Shown here: piece after piece, positions 12,246-24,395 of the stretch
How the letters are laid out: every line of letters starts with the position of its first letter
How positions within the stretch are numbered: position 1 is the first letter of the stretch
Assembly: GCA_046563655.1 (NCBI GenBank)
Contig: CM102289.1
Span: forward strand, 1,426,001 to 1,490,000
DNA length: 64,000 bases
Direction: 5' to 3'
Source of the DNA: Yuukianura sp. NJ FZ-2021
Lineage: Eukaryota
Position numbers and translations under genes: made by a program
Notes under the pieces: generated by a model
Seen by the model: only the letters and a program-made list of their open reading frames with translations
The model's database searches: none
What the model was told of the DNA's origin: nothing

Positions 12246-15200
12246 ATGGCGAGTGAAAGTGATAAACCGATAACAAAAAGGAGTTTCATTTCTTCAATAT
12301 TATTTTGGTAATGAAACTCAATTAAACTCAAAACAATCGTTGATTTTTCATAAAACTGAGAATTTCAGAAAAAATTCGTTGATTTTTTTTATAGTTGGAT
12401 ACTTCCATTCCTCCGTATTGGGCGTAAACGAAAATACGTTCCATCTGACATCTACAGAATTCCTGAAATTTACTTTTCCAAAAATTGCACAGATAGATTA
12501 CAGAAAGAGTGGGAAAGGGAACTGCGCAAGTCAAATCCAAGCTTTGGACGGGCAATGTCACGTGCCTTCCGGACGCCTTTTTTAAAATGTCTGTTCATTC
12601 GTATTTTCAGTTGCTGTTTTCTTACGTGAGGCTTTGAAATGATTACAAGGTTGTAATCATGTGTTCAAGTGCAAATTTAAAAAAAGTTGTCATTGTTTGC
12701 AGTGTGGCGCGAACTGCAATTCTGGGCTTCATTGTAACATTTCTGGCCAACCAGAAGCAAAAACAGACCTCTGCTAACTCTTATGAAACGATGCTGATTT
12801 TTGTAGGAATTCTGATTGCTCTAATCATAAGTAATACGACACTGGACACCTATGCGGGGTTTTACGGTAACGAGGTTGGTATATGGGCAAGATCTGCTGC
12901 AAGTAACATCGTCTACGAAAAAGTAAGCTCACTATACCGGCGTTTCACTATTCCAGATTTTATGTTTCTCGTAATTTCACTTTTCAATAAAACAAAAAAA
13001 GATCTTTTACATTAACCTTTCCCGTCATTTTTGAAAAAATTTCTCTCGCATGTTTTCTTTTTTCATTTTTACTGTAACTGAAGACTTTGAAATAATTTTT
13101 TATTTATTTTTCGTATAGACACTTCGACTAAATGCAGCTTGTTTTGATGAACGTGATGTTCCGCAACTAGCAAACGTTTTGTCAAATGACATTAACCGAC
13201 TGGAAACCAACATTAAATATGTTCATTTCATAATCATAGCCCCCATACAACTAGTTATGGTCACTTTAGTACTCTGGCCATACCTAGGGGCATGCGCACT
13301 CACTCCTTCTCTCTTCTGCCTCTGCCTTCTCCCAATTCAGTTCATTATTGGTCATGCCTATCAAAGAATTCGGTTCAACGCGTCTGCGCAATCTGACTTA
13401 AGAGTGGAAATTCTCAAAGAAATTATCAACGGAATCAAACTCATCAAGATGTCTGCACTAGAAGTAGTTTTTGGCCAGAAAATTGACGCGCTTCGTCAGT
13501 AAGTTTTTTCTGTAAAAAAAAAAAAGAGTAAAATTCTGAAGATTTTTGTAGCACGACGTAATTTAATATTAACAGAACAGAACTGAGGTATACCAGAAGC
13601 AAATCCTATTTTGATGCATGGAACCGTTGTATTTTTGATACTGCGTCCAAAACGCTAGTCCTACTTACACTGTTTGTTTACGTTGCAACTGGAAATACAA
13701 TTACAGAAGCCAGTGTTTTTACAACGCTAAGTTTAGAACAGTATATCAGATTTACCATCACAAGTTACTTCCCGCAAGGAATCAATGGAATTTTCGAATT
13801 GTCCGTTTCATTTTCACGGATTCAGGTAAAAAATGCCGAATAATGCTTGGTTTTAATTTTGACTGAAATTCAATTTGCTTAAATTTTGAATTTAGCGCTA
13901 CTTACAACTGCCTGAAAAACAACCATGTGCTACAATACAACAGTCAATGCTTACGCCTATCAATTCAGTTGAACTGACCAATCTGAGCGTCAGTTTTTCG
14001 CAATATGGTGCTGCAGCGTTATGTAACGTTTCGCTACAGTTGAAACCGCAACAGCTCAAGGTCGTTCTTGGAATTGTCGGGGCGGGAAAGGTTTTTTGTT
14101 AAACTTTTTTTAAAAATGTGGAATTTCTAACTGAAAAGGTTTAAATTAAAGTTAAAAATTGTGAAATTTTAGACATCACTACTTTTAGGAATCTTAAACG
14201 AGTTGTACGTGCTCACTGGATCTGCGCATGTCAATGGCTCCATAGCTTATGTTCCTCAGGACCCATACATATTTTCTGGAACTATTCTAGACAATATTTT
14301 GTTCGGAAAACCGTACATGGCCGAATGGTTCCGAAAAGTCCTCAGCGCTTGTGACCTTGAGCAGGACTTGACCTCCTTCTCATCCAGAGAATTTACATGT
14401 GTCGGAGAAAACGGAACCACTTTGAGCGGTGGACAAAAAGCTAGAGTTGGCCTGGCAAGGTATTTGCTTAAATTAAGAAACTTTTTTTTATGGTATTTGC
14501 TAAAATTAAGAGACTTTTCTTGTTCAAATTTTGACTTTTTTTAGAGCAGTTTATGCTAACGCAGATGTGTATCTCCTTGACGATCCATTGAGTGCAGTTG
14601 ATCCAAAGGTGTGTAGACACTTGATGGACACCGTAATCCATGGAATGTTAAGGTCAAAGGCCATTTTGCTAGTCACGCACCAAGTTTACTACATAGAACC
14701 CGCCACTGAATATATTTTAATTGAGAAAGGGCGAGTTGTACAAGAAGGAAGGTTGAGCGAGTTGGAGTTCAGGGCCGGATCGCCATTCATTTCCGAAACA
14801 AAGTCAATGACTTTTGACATTGATACTGTAATGGGCAAAGAGACTCCGCCCCCAACAACTCTATCTATTAATCCTTTTATGTGAGGCAACTACATACAGA
14901 ACAGTTGCATTTACTATATAAAAAAAAGTTTTATGAAAAGTTTGATGAAATAGTTAGGTGTTTGGTACTTTCAGAAAGGCGCCTTTTTCTGCAAAAATCG
15001 CATTTGAACGTAAGATAGAGCAGCGAGTGCAGGGCGTGTCGTGGAAAGTGCACTGGCGGTACTTCAAAGCCGGAGCAACATTCTTCTCAGGATTTTTGTT
15101 CATAGCAATCAGTATTCTGGGCCAAATACTTCTAACAGCATCTGATGACTGGCTAAAAGTGTGGTATGTTGAGAAAATTTGAGACATACGGTGTTAATTA

Positions 15201-17255
15201 AAGTGCCTAACCACAGTGTTTTCTTTTTCAACTGTCGAATTTTAGGAATCACAATCAAAATTTGTGGAAAGAAGAAAATGGATCGAAAACTACGTATTTT
15301 TTGACAATTTATGCAGCAATGGTTGTCTGTCTATTTTTCGCGTCACTTGTATCAAACTTCCTCCTCGTCCACATTTGCATGAACTCTTCATGGAAAATTT
15401 CAAAAAAGTTGTTTTTGGGGCTATTGCGCGCTCCAATGTTATTTTACGAAAAAAACACAACTGGGCGTGTAATGAACAGGGCCGTAAGTGACGTTGGTTA
15501 CATGGATGAAACGGTGCCAAAAGCATATCAATTTCTCATTCCCGTGAGTAAATTTGTGTCATGCCAAATACAAAAGATTTTTTATATAGTTTCAAAATAC
15601 AATTTAGAGTTTGCTCCAAACCGCCGGTTCTGTCGTTTTGATGCTCCTGATTGATTGGGTTCTGGTGGCGCCCTCTATTCTAGTAATCATCTTGTACATA
15701 ATTGCACACCGCTTCTACGCACCTCCAAGTTGCGACATCAAACGACTGTCTTCTGCAACACAGTCGCCAGTTTTTGCTCAAGCGACATCAACTGCCGCAG
15801 GACTTGCGACAATTCGCGCCTTTGGAATTCAAAATTTCCTCATTGAACAATTTCGCGCCAAACAGGATGCGTATGTGGGTGCGTACTTTCTTAATTTAGT
15901 GGCTCAAAAGTGGTTCAACGCCGTTACAGTTTGGATTGTCAACATCTACGCCTCTGTAGTGCTTATAGTTTTAATTTTTACTACGAAAGGTATTCATCTA
16001 AAACTTGGTAGTAGTAACTTTATTACCGTAGTACCGTTATACGTTTTCAAAAAAGTAATTTTTTTTTCAAATTTTAGATCCGGCTACAATTGGACTTGGG
16101 CTTTCCACTACACTCTCTCTAACGAGTTTCTTTCCCGTCTGCATTTTTTATATTATTGAACTGGAAAATCAAATTATTGCTGCTGAAAGAATTTTTGAGT
16201 ACTGCGATATTGAGCCTGAAGGAAATCTTCGAAGTTTAGGTAAATATATAAACAAAATAAATTTGTTAGATTTTTATTTAAAAAATTTACAACATTCAAA
16301 TTCTCACAAGATCAAATACCTCCGCCATGTTGGGGGCAAGACGGAAAAGTTGAAGTTGAAGGCCTCTGCGTAACCTACGACTCTAACACTGCTCTGCACA
16401 ACGCCTCGCTGTCAATATTTCCAAATGAAAAGTTCGGAGTGGTCGGTCGCACAGGAGCGGGAAAAACATCACTCGTTTCTGCCATTTTTCGACTAGTCGA
16501 ACCCTCGTCAGGAAGAATCCTGATTGACAATTTGGACACGAAATTGTTCGGTTTGCATGATTTACGTGAACGCATCACCATAATTCCCCAACATCCGTTT
16601 CTATTTAGTGCAAAAGTGAGGGAAAATTTGGATCCGCACATGCAGCATTCTGATTGCACGTTGATTGAGACTTTGACTAAAGTAGGACTTTCAATTGACC
16701 TCGATACACAACTCACTCACGGTGGAACAAATTTAAGCTCTGGACAGACACAGCTCCTTTGCTTAGCAAGAGCAATTTTAACAAAAACTAAAATTTTGAT
16801 CTTGGATGAAGCTACTGCAAGCATTGACGCTCGGTGAGAAACAAAAACAAACAAAGATTTTGAAATATGAAAAATCTTCAAAAAAAAAAGTTAAAAATTA
16901 GTAATTTTTTGGAAAATGTTTTGCTTTTTAGAACGGATTTCTTAGTACAACAAGTACTGCGAGAACGGTTTCGAGACTGTACAGTGATTACCATTGCACA
17001 TAAACTGGATACGGTAGCGTCTTCTGACCGGATCTGTATACTACACTCCGGGACAGTAAAAGTAAGAAAATGATAAAAATTGAATTCCAAATTTTTAGTT
17101 TAACGCTTTTTAACACTTTGATTTTTTAGGAAATTGGTGTCCCACTTCAACTGTTGCAAGATCAAGACAGTCAATTTTATTCAATGGCAAAGCAACTTGG
17201 GCCAAAAGGATTTTCGTACATTCAATCCTTGGCTAAGAAGCAAAAACACTTTTAA
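12246..17255 (+). CDS. ABC transporter subfamily C, short MRP4/ABCC4-like (no TMD0), multi-exon
   Basis: L0-like start FCWILPFLRIGRKR, TMD1 (SNDINRL...APIQL), NBD1 GIVGAGK/TS, LSGGQKARVGLAR, YLLDDPLSAVD, TMD2, NBD2 VGRTGAGKTS, LSSGQTQLLCLARA, ILDEATASID, TIAHKL; stop at 17253-17255. Confidence 0.93.
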
Positions 17256-17626
17256 CTCAGGAATTGCTAAATTTTAGGACATTGAGTTTAGAAAGTCGTG
17301 AAAAACAACGTCTAAGTTACAAAAAACAAGTAAAATGGAGGCGAAATTTAAATTTGCAATGTACAACTAATGTAAAGCAGTGGGATTTTGTCGGTAACCT
17401 GTTCATCATCTATTCATTGCCGTTGTTTTGTGTACTCAAATTTCTGTGGTACAACACTGTACATTGTCAGCGTTTCATTTCATTTCATTCTAGTAATAGC
17501 GTGAATACTAGTGTCCTTTTCAAAATGTTTTTTTTTGTACAGAATTCTATTTAAGATGCAGAGTATTGTTAGGTAGCGAAAACCACTTCATGCATAGAGG
17601 ATGTGTGTCTGTCTGTCTGTCTGTAG

Positions 17627-19035
17627 TTAGGGCGACTCCAACTCCTCAGAACTTCGAAATTGCACCAGCACCACGTTGTAAGTAACAATTGCGCTTAAAA
17701 TCTAGTAAATTTAAAAATACAAAACTTAAGCTTGGTTGTCGTTTTGTTTTTGTTTTTGGTTAATACGTTCTTACCGACGTCAGTAAACTTCGATTGATTT
17801 TGAAGTAGCCAAATGCAGTTAGCTCAAATTTTGCAATTTTTCTCAGCTGTTTCAAGTACGCCAAGCTGTCTTGATCAGATACTGTCATTGGTGGTATCAA
17901 CAAAGCACTCTTAAATAGTAAATTGCTCTAAACAACAGAAAAAAAAATTTAATCAAAAATTTTGCAAATAATTTTTTATAACAATAACTTATTTTTTATT
18001 ATATCATTTAAATGTAAATAGTTTGGTTACCTTTGATGCAAGTCTTTCTCCACAGTTAGTGAGCCACACTAGTTTTAATATTATTGCACCTATGCTTGTA
18101 AAATTAATCAAAAGCGAAATAGGCACATTCAGAATAAGATAAGCTGTACTACACACATGGAAAATGCTGAGGGTAATCAAAAAAGAAGTAAAACAAAGTT
18201 CAATTACCAAAAATACTTGAACTCCATTTGCAAATATTTCAAAAATTTCATGCATTTCGATTATTTCGGAAGCAACGAAATTAAAATCCGGTTGCAAAAA
18301 CTTTCTATACCAAATTCCGGTTTTTAAATTTTTGCAAATTTCACTCACTCGAGGCTCTACATTCAACAACTCCTTGACTTTAGTCAAGCGTTGTTCTAGT
18401 ATTAGGATTGTGAAAGAAATGAGTACAACGACAAAAATACTTGGACATATTGCTAAAATCCTAAAAACTACAAAAATTGTGTTTAAAATTTCGAACGGAA
18501 TGTGCAATCCATGAATTTTGTAGTTTGGAAAACTGGTTTCAAAAGCAATGGTTCGGTCGATGACATAAAGTGACTCAAGTATGAAACTTCCAACAAAAAA
18601 TAGCAAAACTGGAAAAATTGCGGTAACGAGTCCTTTTGGTGTTAGATTGCATCGAAGCTTGCTGTTTTTGCTGTACTTGTCAATTGCACTAAACATTTGA
18701 ATTGTACGTGACAAAAAATACATGTACACAACGTGAGTTGTACTTGTGTAAATCAAACTGGTCCAAAACATTACCTGCATTAGTTGCTCACTTAAATGTG
18801 AATTTAACTTGACTGAATCAATTTCTGCATTGATTGTGGCAATGTCAAATGGGACTATGATTGGCGCACAAGAAATGAAAAAACTGAAAACAAGAATTGT
18901 GCAAATTCCATTCAAACTGTTCCAACTTAAGTGGTAAATTGACTTCCAAATGTCTATAACTGGGAAAAGGCCTATAAAAGCACCAAAATATGCAATAATT
19001 TTTAGCACAGTAGAGTCAGAAAGACTAAAACCCAT
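17627..19035 (-). CDS. Gustatory receptor copy C (exons 19035-18031, 17927-17775, 17701-17627)
   Basis: Intact paralog with the same exon structure and TYNVVLVQF motif. Confidence 0.88.
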
Positions 19036-20076
19036 TTCAAACAAAAAATGCAAAGCGTTCAAAAATTTAGATTTGAGCCGAAATTCTGTGACAATGAAAA
19101 AACTCAAAAGGAAATTGAATTTTTGGCCAACTTTTCGTGTATTTTATATAGTACAAATTTTTGTAGCACTTGGAACAGTCACTCTGCTTAATGTGACAAT
19201 TACTGTAAAAGGGAAGCGGCAATGTCAAATTTTGTGAAATTTTGAAAAAAAAAGTAATGCCGTGTTGGCGTGAAAAACCAACACTCAAGTTGAATACTAT
19301 GTCAATTTACATCATACATTACGTTTTTTTCTTGTTTTGAAAATTTGAGTTTTGTATTTTTGAATGTCACCACTCACGAATAATATTCAAAAGCGTTTCT
19401 CTTTCAACAAATTTTGAAAACCACTTTTCGAATTTCATTAAAAACTGAATTGGTATATTCATTGCTTAGAACTCGTGGAAATTTTTTTTTAAGTTTTTTT
19501 TGAAGACAAAATTGAACTTCAAAAACAGTTTTAATGTTTGCCAGCCACTTAGTAAAGCCTTTTGCACAAATGCTTTACTAAGAGTTATGACGTTACTATA
19601 CGTTTAGCCTTTGCTTTGATAATCTCCTGTTCAATTACTTTCAAGCTTTACAGAAAACCGACACGTTTTTAACCACCCTTAACCTTTCTAAACAATGAAC
19701 AAAGAAACGCTTTACAAAAAAGTATTAAAACCTTAAATTGTTTAACCTTGAAAAGGTGTCAAAAAATTTTCAACTATTCCTGCTGAAAAATCTGCTGTTT
19801 ATAAGCAAAATAGAAATTGGTAGTAGTCTGTCTGTGTACAGTTTTTGTGAAAAACCTCTTTTGAAAAATATAGAAAGGCTTACGAACAAAGGTAAGATTT
19901 AAAAAAAAACTGAAAAGTCGAATTTTGGAACTGTTTTTCTGATACCCAATTATTATTTTTATTGGCCAATATACAAATAAACTAGAATCCTAACATTAAC
20001 AACCTTACAAAATTTGCTTAAGTGGTCGGGAACTCCGATTCCCGAATTTTTGTGTTTGGTAAATTGTTTGCAAGTA

Positions 20077-20808
20077 TCATTTCTGTGCGGATTCTGTGCC
20101 TATACTTGAAGTAGTTCCTTTAAGGTCTGGGTTAGTTAGGCTTGAATTAGATTTTCCGGTGTCTCGGGGAGAGTTTGGGAACTCGCATTTTTCTGGGTTG
20201 GAGGCAGGTTTACAAGCTTCTTTTGCTGAAACTACTTTTGGACAGAAGCAGTACACATTGTAGTTTTCAGCGTCGTAGAGGATTTTTGCCACAGTGTTGT
20301 ACACATTTTGTTGTCCGGCAAGATTCTTGGCCAATGTCAACCTATTCACAGATTCTCCGTCTTCGCATGCGAGTTGTGCAGGACGACAATTGTGATTGCA
20401 AATACATTTTGCAACACCCAAAGCTTCCTGGACAGTCATCAGAGCGCTGGCGGCGATTCTCAGTAAAGAAGTCACAGTAGACTTACCTGAGCCCCCCACA
20501 CAGACGTCGAATCCATTCTTACCAAACAGAGTCCCATTGCACGTATGGCGAGGTAGAGCTAAAATGAAATATTACGTAGTACTTTTACGTACTTTTTATG
20601 CAGTACATATTACGTCTCTGCATATTGCATATTGTAAGTAGTATTACATTAATTACATAAATTACATGACCTGTTTTTACAACAAATTTATGTAATTTCG
20701 GATTAAGCAAATTTACAACTCACTTTTGCCTCCGCTGGCTTGAACCGATGTTAAAGTCAATGCCCAAGAAAAAGCGAGAGCTGCAATAAATGCAAATGTT
20801 GTCGTCAT
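20077..20808 (-). CDS. Secreted 10-Cys protein, family copy 1 (exons 20808-20724, 20558-20077)
   Basis: Signal-peptide exon MTTTFAFIAALAFSWALTL, phase-1 intron, conserved AKCxCNxxC...CxDG...YCFCP...ACKP..NPEKCE; longer Ser/Thr tail than the other copies. Confidence 0.85.
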
Positions 20809-21130
20809 AGCGTAGCTGAACAGGAATTTCTAAAATCGCGAAATTGTTGCTGCGTTTGAGCCTTTTGAAAAAGTTTGGAAATTCTTTATGATTGAACAAA
20901 ACTTCCAAAAACTGAAGTTTAACCTTTAAGTTGATTATCTCCTATATTTAGTTACGTGCTTTACACAAAAACGCCGCTTTTTAAACCCCACTAAAAATTT
21001 GAACAATAGTCAAAGAATAGCTTTACAAAAATTAACAATTATCTACGTCAAACTTTTTATGAGAGAAACGCGCCAAGTTTAGATCGGCCGAACTCTTCAC
21101 TAAAATGTTTTTTTTTAAGGTAGAGTTTTC

Positions 21131-21897
21131 CGTAACCAGGCATTAACGGACGGTCACTAACGGCCCGATATACTAACGGACGGTCACGAACGGACGGTCA
21201 CTAACGGACGGTCACTAACGGACGGTCTCCAACGGACGTTCACTAACGGACGTTCACTAACGGACGGTCACCAACGGACGGGCACTAACGGACGGTCACC
21301 AACGGACGGGCACCAACGGACGGTCACCAACGGACGGGCACCAATGGACACATACTCTAATGGACACTTACTCTAACGGACGGTCACTAATGGACATTGA
21401 CACACCTTGTTTCAGTCACTGAAAATTTACAAATTTTTGAAACGCAGCGACAATAAAGTCGGCTCTGAATTCAAGTTGGCAACATTATTTACTAATTAAT
21501 TCAGTAAATCTGCTTTAATTTTCCCGCGCCGAAGGCGCGGTGTTAGGTTATAAAAATTGGCAGTTGTGATTAGGTTGTAGGTTAGGTTAATTAACTTAGG
21601 CTATTGCCGCTAAGTTCAAAAATCAGTTAATTTTCAGTGACTGAAGCAACGTGTGTCAATGTCCATTAGTGACCGTCCGTTAGAGTAAGTGTCCATTAGA
21701 GTATGTGTCCATTGGTGACCGTCCGTTGGTGCCCGTCCGTTGGTGACCGTCCGTTAGTGCCCGTCCGTTGGTGACCGTCCGTTAGTGAACGTCCGTTGGT
21801 GACCGTCCGTTAGTGAACGTCCGTTGGGGACCGTCCGTTCGTGACCGTCCGTTAGTATATCGGGCCGTTAGTGACTGTCCGTTCGAGTCCGGGAATC
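21131..21897. mobile_element. Non-autonomous foldback/MITE-like element with ~285-bp inverted arms built of 14-bp subrepeats
   Basis: (aacggacggtcact)n on the left and its reverse complement on the right. Unique inner arm sequence is also inverted (21395-21428 vs 21629-21661). Direct repeat gagttttc at 21123-21130 and 21898-21905. Confidence 0.85.
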
Positions 21898-22026
21898 GAG
21901 TTTTCAGTTGAATTTTTCGAATCTACACTAGTAGAAATTCTGTTTTACTACACACACTACTAAACTACACAATTTCCATAAGTTGAAAACGGATACACAT
22001 TGATATTTTGAAGGCATTGTAGCAAT

Positions 22027-23412
22027 TTATTCTCCTTCAGACTCAGAACTGTGAAATTGCACCAGCACCACGTTGTAAGGAACAACAGCACTCAAAATCT
22101 AACAAATTTAAAAATTAAACTTAAGCAGTGCATGGTTTCTGTTCTGTATTTGTGTTGTTAAATTTATCCTTACCGATGTCAGTAATGTTCGATTGATTTT
22201 GAAATAGCCAAATGCAGTTAGTTCAAATTTTGCAACTTTTCTTAACTGTTTCAAGTAAGCCAAACTCTCTTGGTCTGATACAGTCATTGGCGGTATCAAT
22301 ACAGTGCTGTTAAAAAGTGAATTGCTCTAAAACGAAATAAAAACAAAATTTTACAACGAAGTGTTTACAACATTATTTTTTAAATGTAAGTAGTTTTTGG
22401 TTACCTTTGATGCAAGTTTTTGTCCGCAGTTAGTGAGCCATACTAGTTTCAAAATTAGTACAGCTAAGCTACCGAAATTAATTAGAAGCAGAACAGGCAA
22501 CACGTTGTAAATAAGATTCATTGTGCTACATACATGAAAAGTTGTCACAGTAAGCAGAAAAGAAGTAAAACAAAGTTCAATTACAAGAAATAATTGAACT
22601 CCATTTGCAAATTTTTCAAAAATTTGATGCAGGTGGATTATTTCAGTTGAGATAAAATTGAAATCCGGTTGCAAAAACTTTTTATACCAAATTCCAGATT
22701 TCAAATTTTTGGAAATTTCAGTCACACGATGCTCCACATTCAACAGCTCCTCAACTTTAGTTAGCCGTTGCTCTATTATTAGTGTTATGAAAGAAATGAG
22801 TACGATTACAAAAATACTTGGACATGTGACTAATTGCATAAAAACTACAACTAAAGTGTTCAAAATTTTGACCGGAATGTGCAATCCATAAAGTTCATAG
22901 TTTGGAAAAATTGATTCAAAAATTAATGTTCGGTCGACGACAAAAATGGACTCAAGTATAAAACTTCCAACAAAAAGCGGCAAAACTGGAAATATTGCTG
23001 AAACAAATTCTTTTGGTGTCAAATTGCATCGAAGTTTGCTGCTTTTGATGTACTTTTCAATTGTACTAAACATTTGAATTGTTCTGGGCAAACAACACAT
23101 GTAGGCCAAGTATGTGCTAGTTATGTAGGCCAAATTGGTCCAAAACATTAACAAAAGAAGCTGCTCGTGTAGATCTGAATTTAATTTGGCTGCATTAATT
23201 TCTGCCTTCACGGCCGCACTGTCAAATGGGACTACGAGTGGTGCACAACAAATGACACAACTGAAAACAAAAATTGTGCAAATTCCATTCAAACTCTTCC
23301 AACTTAATTTGTAAATTGACTTTCTGATGTCCACAACCGGGAAAAGAGCTGTAAAAGCACCAAAATATGCAATAGTTTTTAGCAAAGTGGAGTCAGAAAG
23401 ACGGAAACCCAT
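22027..23412 (-). CDS. Gustatory receptor copy D (exons 23412-22405, 22326-22174, 22098-22027)
   Basis: Intact paralog; TM7 motif reads PYNVVLVQF. Confidence 0.85.
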
Positions 23413-24395
23413 TTTACGAAAAAAGGAAAGCGTTAGAATAGTTTCCGCAGATTTGATATTAAACAGTTGCGGAATTTTGTGACAATGCAAAAGCCAAAAG
23501 AAAAATTAAATTTTTCTCCACTCACTTTTCTTTATTATATATATTACAAATTTTTTAACACTCGAATTTACATTTACTCTGCATAATGACATTAGGGTGA
23601 AAGGAAACCGCCTAAGAATCAACGTTTGGTGAAATTTTGGAAGAAAGAGTTATAACAATGGACATCTTTTTTTCATCAAAACCCAACACTTAAGTTGGAT
23701 ATTTCAATTTACAAATTCACTTTTCGAAATTTGTGTGTTTTTTCTTGTAACGGTTGAATGTTTATTTTTGTATTTCTGTTCGTTTTAGACACATTGTCGT
23801 TTTTGGTAAATTCATGCAGAAACAAGGTAAGTCTTTCTATAAATTTCAAAAACAACTTTATAAATCTGTATAAAAATTGAATTAGTAAATTCATGACATT
23901 ACAGTTGACGGAAAACTTGAAAAAATACAGATGCTGTACAGTGTTCAGCGCAAATTGAAAATTTTCATTTTGAAATCTATTGTGTGAAAATTCTTTTGTG
24001 AATTTTAGACAAGAGACGTAGAACTAAATTGAACTAAATTTTTTCTACAGACGCCATACTCATCAACAAAACTCCATTCCTCTGTACTTATAACCAAGAA
24101 AGACACAATGCCTTACAAAACATCGTCCACTTGATGATATTTTGTGTTTTATTTGTGTAAACTTTCACTTTCCTTTGATTGACATCTAAGGACGAAACTG
24201 GTTTATGATTTCCAATTCTGACGAAAGAAGAATGCTGTAACCACTTCTGCTCTTGCAACTGATCATCCATTTCAAGAAATTTAGTTACTTTGTTAGTATA
24301 AATTTAGTTACTTTGTTACTTTGAAATTACTTTGAAATTTAGTTACTTTGTTTGTATAAATTTTACAAGGTAAATAAGAAAATTAAAAGTTCACA

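Noticed and set aside
21145..21885. Regular short repeats resembling a CRISPR array
   Set aside because: The 14-bp units are contiguous with no unique spacers, are arranged as inverted arms, and lie in a eukaryotic context with no cas genes.
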